64,000 nt of DNA. Source: an uncultured Pseudomonadota bacterium. Its GTDB lineage: Bacteria; Myxococcota_A; UBA796; SXON01. The position numbers and the translations under genes are program-made. A model generated the notes under the pieces. The model saw nothing but the letters and a program-made list of their open reading frames with translations. It had not been told where the DNA came from and searched no databases. Within the stretch, counting starts at the first letter, position 1. Each line of letters starts with the position of its first letter. This document shows positions 59,916 to 64,000 of this stretch, one piece after another. The stretch lies in NCBI GenBank assembly GCA_903844155.1, contig CAIMSU010000259.1, positions 15,808 through 79,807 of the forward strand, given 5' to 3'.

Positions 59916-60446
59916 TCAAGACCGGGGCGATGCCCACGCCCGCGAGACCGCCCAGCCGTTCAGTGCTCCAACGAGGTTCAACCCGCAGTCCTTCAGGTCG
60001 ATGAACCGGGCGGAGCGCACCGTGTCCAGCCACGCCCACTGCACCGCCTCGTCGCAAAAGCCAAGGAAGACCGTCAGGTAGAACGCCTGGCGTGGGTTCA
60101 GCACCCGCGCCCACAGGAAGTAGACGGCGGCGTACTGGACGAGATGGACCGCCTCGGCGTTGGTGACGAAATTCGCCGCCGCGACCACGTTGGCGAGCAG
60201 CACGATCAGCGCGGTCCGAAGCCCCAGCCGCCGCCCCACCCACGTCAGCCCCAGCGCCAGGAGGGGCACAAAAAGCGCAGCCTCGCCCCGCTGCAACGAC
60301 CCGAAGCCCCAGGTCGCCGCCATCCACGCCCAGAACTCCTGAGCGTAGTGGTGCGCGCCAACGTTTCCGAACCAGAACACCCCCGCGAGCCCGGCGCCAA
60401 CCCGAAGGTCGGCCGCGAGTCGGGCTGGGGGCCGGCCGGTGGACAT
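59916..60446 (-). CDS. VanZ-like family membrane protein
   Basis: HLVQYA...., GFCDE.VQ, R..DLKD...N..G. Confidence 0.75.
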   Translation of the reverse strand: MSTGRPPARLAADLRVGAGLAGVFWFGNVGAHHYAQEFWAWMAATWGFGSLQRGEAALFVPLLALGLTWVGRRLGLRTALIVLLANVVAAANFVTNAEAVHLVQYAAVYFLWARVLNPRQAFYLTVFLGFCDEAVQWAWLDTVRSARFIDLKDCGLNLVGALNGWAVSRAWASPRS

Positions 60447-60529
60447 CCTCCCTTCTACCCGTCCAACGCCCGCCCCGCTGGTCCCCCGCCGGGATACGCC
60501 CGCGCACCTGCCTACCCCGAGCCTGCCCT

Positions 60530-62026
60530 TTGGAAGCGAACCTCTGCGTATTGATTGATTTTGAGAACATCGGCACGGGCTGCGACAAGGAGGGGCTCGG
60601 CGTCTTCGACGTCCGCATGGTCATGCGCCGGTTGAAGGACAAGGGGCGCATCCTCGTCTCCCGCGCGTACGCGGACTGGACGCGATGGTCCAGGTTCAAG
60701 CAGGATCTTATCTTCAGCGGCGTGAACATGATGGAGTTGACGGCGCACGGGATGGGGGCCAAGAACCGCGCCGACATCGCCCTGGTGGTCGACGCCATGG
60801 AGATCGCCTACACCCGCGATTACATCGACACCTTCGTCATCCTCTCGGGCGACAGCGACTTCACGCCGCTGGTCATGCGCCTCAAGGAGCTCAACAAGCG
60901 CGTGATCGGCCTCGGAACGAAAGGATCGACGAGCCGGCTCATCGCCGAGACCTGTGACGAGTTCATGTTCTACGACACCCTGCGCCGCGAGGGTCACACC
61001 CAGCCGATGAACAGCCCCGAGGGCGGGGACGAGGGCTCGCTCACGCGAGACGAGGCGTTTGAGCTGCTCATTGAGACGCTTGAGAACCAGGCTCGGGAGG
61101 ACGCCGCCCCCATCCACGCGAGCATCCTCAAGACCTCGATGAAGCGCAAGGCGCCGACGTTCTCGGAGGTCGACCTCGGCTTTCGCACGTTCGCCATCTT
61201 CCTGGAGACCGCGCAGGATCGCGGCCTCGTCCGGTTGTTCCGCGACGATCGTGCGGGGGGCTACCGCGTCGAATTGCCCAGGGAGGAGAGGCCGTCTGCG
61301 CCGAGCTCGCAGGGGCCCACGGGTGAGGGCGAACGCCGGCTGCTCGGTCGGTTGACGGAGCTTGGCTGCGACATCGGGACGCTCGGGGACCGCGCGTGGG
61401 TGACCGACCAGCTCGTCGCAGCGTGCCAGGAGCGCGCGCGCCGCGGCCGGACCTGCGCCGTCGAGTACCTGATCGGCGATCTGCTTCGTCGCGCTCGCAC
61501 AGAGCGGACGTCCATCCCCCCGCGCGTGGTGAAGGGCGTGTTGAACGCGCTGCTTCGGGCGGGCACCTTCCGGACACCCGAGGGCGAAGCTGCCCGAACA
61601 GCGACCGCCCCGTTCCAGCCTCCGGACAGCGCGGATGTCCTTCGCCAGCGCCTGACGGTGTACGCGCGTGCTGCGCTCGCGGAGGCGGGCGATGTGCTCG
61701 ACGCCAGCACGATCATCGAGGTGTTCGGCACAGGCGCGCCGCGTCGGGAGGTACCGGTCGATGCCCGCGCCAACGAAGGGGCGACAAGCGAGCCCCCGGC
61801 CGAGCCGCTGGTCGACCCAGAGACGACCGCCGAAGACCCCGCTGACGTCGTCCCAGCGCCGAGGCGGCGACGCCGGCGCCGTCGGAAGAGCAGCGACGCC
61901 GCCGGATCCACCACCGGGGACGGCGAGGCAGAAACAGGCGACTCGACCACGCCGGACGACGAGCCTCCCCACGCCGAGGACCGGAACGCCCTGTTCCCGG
62001 CCGATCCGATCCCCCAGAGCGAGTAG
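60530..62026 (+). CDS. NYN-domain (LabA/DUF88) ribonuclease-like protein with LOTUS/OST-HTH and extra C-terminal domain
   Basis: IDFENI, AYADW, KNRADIALVVDAM, SGDSDF; FSEVDLGFRTF..FL (LOTUS-like); Arg-rich tail; TTG start. Confidence 0.9.
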   Translation: MEANLCVLIDFENIGTGCDKEGLGVFDVRMVMRRLKDKGRILVSRAYADWTRWSRFKQDLIFSGVNMMELTAHGMGAKNRADIALVVDAMEIAYTRDYIDTFVILSGDSDFTPLVMRLKELNKRVIGLGTKGSTSRLIAETCDEFMFYDTLRREGHTQPMNSPEGGDEGSLTRDEAFELLIETLENQAREDAAPIHASILKTSMKRKAPTFSEVDLGFRTFAIFLETAQDRGLVRLFRDDRAGGYRVELPREERPSAPSSQGPTGEGERRLLGRLTELGCDIGTLGDRAWVTDQLVAACQERARRGRTCAVEYLIGDLLRRARTERTSIPPRVVKGVLNALLRAGTFRTPEGEAARTATAPFQPPDSADVLRQRLTVYARAALAEAGDVLDASTIIEVFGTGAPRREVPVDARANEGATSEPPAEPLVDPETTAEDPADVVPAPRRRRRRRRKSSDAAGSTTGDGEAETGDSTTPDDEPPHAEDRNALFPADPIPQSE

Positions 62027-62032
62027 GCCTGG

Positions 62033-64000
62033 GTGGCTGAGAACACGGCCAGCGCGCGCACTCCGAGGGTGCACCTGCTCCTCCCGCCGCTCACCCAGCT
62101 CAACACCCCGTACCCATCGACCGCGTACCTCGCGCGCAGCCTGGCCGGCCATGGCATCCTCGCGAACCAGGCCGACCTCGGCCTCGCGCTGGTACTGCGC
62201 CTCTGCTCCCGTGACGGGCTGACGGCCCTTTTCGCCGCGTTGGATGAACGAGACGACCTCGAGCCGGCCGCCTGGCGGGCGCTCGCCCTGCACAGGCAGC
62301 ACGTCGCCGCCATCGACGGCGTCATCCGGTTCCTGCAGGGCCGGGATCGCGGCCTTGGACCTCGCATCCTCGACTCCCCCTTCCTCCCCAGGACTCCCCG
62401 GTTGGACCGCGCTGCACAAGCCGGTGAGCTCGCCCAGTTCGGCCCCCTCGCGGTAGACGACGCAGCGCGCCGCCTCGCCACGCTTTATCTCGCGGATATC
62501 GCCGATCTCTGGGCCCTCATCGACCCAGGCTTCGCGCTGTCACACTACCAACGCCACCTCGCGACGGGCCCCGTCTCCTTCGATGGGTTGGCCGACCGAC
62601 TGTCGCAGTCCTCGCTCACTGACACACACCTCGACACGCTCGTCGCCGAGCTTGATGTCGTCGCTGGCGACGTGGTCGGCGTGTCCGTCCCCTTTCCCGG
62701 GAACCTGTACGGTGCGCTGCGCATCGGGCGGGCACTGCGCACGCGTGGCGCCACTGTTCTGCTTGGCGGCGGGTATGTCAACACCGAGCTTCGCGACGTC
62801 GATGAGCCCAGGCTCTGGGCATTTGCCGACGGACTGTGCTTCGACGATGGTGAGGGCCCGCTCCTCTCCTGGTTGCGTTGGGTGGCGGGCGACGGACCCG
62901 ACACCCGACACCGGACCCTGACCCCCACCGGTCGCCTCGACAACCCGCACCAGGACGAGCCCGCTGCGTGTGGCGCGCGCTATGGCAACCTGCCCCTCGC
63001 GGATTACCTTCAGTTGGTGGACAGCCTAAATCCTACTCACCGGCTGTGGGGGGACGGACGGTGGAACAAGCTGACGATCGCCCACGGTTGCTACTGGAAG
63101 AAGTGCTCGTTCTGTGACATCCAGCTCGACTACATCGCCGGATACCGGCCAAACCGTGCGGAGGCGCTCGCGGACGCCATGCAGGAGCAGGTGGCAGAGA
63201 CGGGGCAATCCGGGTTTCACCTCGTGGACGAGGCGATCCCGCCGCGCGGGCTTCGGGACCTCGCGCTGGTGATCCTGGAGCGCGGGCTGACGGTGAGCTT
63301 CTGGGGGAACATCCGCTTTGAGAGCACCTGGACGCCGGATCTCGCGCGCCTCTGCGCGCACGCGGGGCTGATCGCGGTGACGGGGGGCCTGGAGGTTGCG
63401 AGCCCACGGCTGTTGGCGACAATGCAGAAGGGGGTCACGGTCGAGCAGGTAGCCAGGGCTGCCCTTGCTTTTCAGGGCGCTGGGGTGCGGGTTCACGCCT
63501 ACCTGATGTATGGGTTCCCAACACAGACGGATCAGGAGAGCATCGACGCCATGGAGGTCGTGCGCCAGATGTTCGCCTGCAAGGTCCTGGATTCGGCCTT
63601 CTGGCACCGCTTTGTGCTCACCGAGCACTCAGGGATGAGCGCGAACCCGAACGCCTGGGGCATGATCGTTACGCCCCGCGCGCAGCGGGTGTTCGCGCGA
63701 AACGACCTCACCCACGAAGACCCGCGGGGCGGCGACCACGACGCATTCGACGGCCCGCTCGCCACCGCTCTCAACGCCTGGATGCGCGGCGAGGACATCG
63801 ATCGGCCCGTCGGACACTGGTTTGAGAGGGTGGTACCCGCGTCCACCCTCCCGCCGGGTCACGTCGCGGCGCTCCTCGAACCCCACCCAGCGCCGCTCGA
63901 TGGACGGCTGATCTGGGTTGGTGGCGACGTTCTCGACGATCGCGGCATGGCGCTCAACCACGTCGACGGGGTCGAACGAATCCGGGGTCCCCGAGCGGCT
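62033..64000 (+). CDS. B12-binding radical SAM protein (3' end runs off window)
   Basis: Manual translation, open from GTG 62033 to the window end: PLTQLNTPYPSTAYL, SVPFPGNLYGA, GGGYVNTELR, HGCYWKKCSFCD, HAYLMYGFP. Confidence 0.92.
   Translation, partial: MAENTASARTPRVHLLLPPLTQLNTPYPSTAYLARSLAGHGILANQADLGLALVLRLCSRDGLTALFAALDERDDLEPAAWRALALHRQHVAAIDGVIRFLQGRDRGLGPRILDSPFLPRTPRLDRAAQAGELAQFGPLAVDDAARRLATLYLADIADLWALIDPGFALSHYQRHLATGPVSFDGLADRLSQSSLTDTHLDTLVAELDVVAGDVVGVSVPFPGNLYGALRIGRALRTRGATVLLGGGYVNTELRDVDEPRLWAFADGLCFDDGEGPLLSWLRWVAGDGPDTRHRTLTPTGRLDNPHQDEPAACGARYGNLPLADYLQLVDSLNPTHRLWGDGRWNKLTIAHGCYWKKCSFCDIQLDYIAGYRPNRAEALADAMQEQVAETGQSGFHLVDEAIPPRGLRDLALVILERGLTVSFWGNIRFESTWTPDLARLCAHAGLIAVTGGLEVASPRLLATMQKGVTVEQVARAALAFQGAGVRVHAYLMYGFPTQTDQESIDAMEVVRQMFACKVLDSAFWHRFVLTEHSGMSANPNAWGMIVTPRAQRVFARNDLTHEDPRGGDHDAFDGPLATALNAWMRGEDIDRPVGHWFERVVPASTLPPGHVAALLEPHPAPLDGRLIWVGGDVLDDRGMALNHVDGVERIRGPRAA

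Overview
High-GC bacterial chromosomal window with about 48 protein-coding genes. A MYXO-CTERM-like tail, MopE/FG-GAP repeat proteins, PEGA Ser/Thr kinases and a sigma-54 activator suggest Myxococcota (inference). Housekeeping genes (eno, lysS, lolC/E-lolD, murJ, rng, gcvP, folE-like, TIGR03960/03936-type radical SAM) are interleaved with accessory envelope, secreted and signalling genes. I saw no rRNA, tRNA, CRISPR array or prophage. Most notable observations: (1) a family of REP-like intergenic hairpins, each with a 5' CGTC, at three loci (32-nt exact repeat at 6619 and 37218; tandem pair at 10253-10323), plus a divergent RAYT-type HUH transposase with no flanking repeats; (2) an SdpA-like/HTTM gene pair whose HTTM protein is fused to an apparently catalytically dead M28 peptidase domain; (3) a folE paralog with an intact Zn site but altered substrate contacts, coupled to an ABC importer lacking a binding protein; (4) an in-frame TAG in the N-lobe of the kinase that heads a coupled kinase-PEGA-FG-GAP-sigma54 operon; (5) a MurJ with an Arg24-equivalent substitution and an extra C-terminal domain; (6) a MITE-like 129-nt inverted-repeat element; (7) several further apparent pseudoenzymes. 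All family assignments are by motif recognition only; no database searches were run. Many start codons were adjusted by eye from the ORF track.
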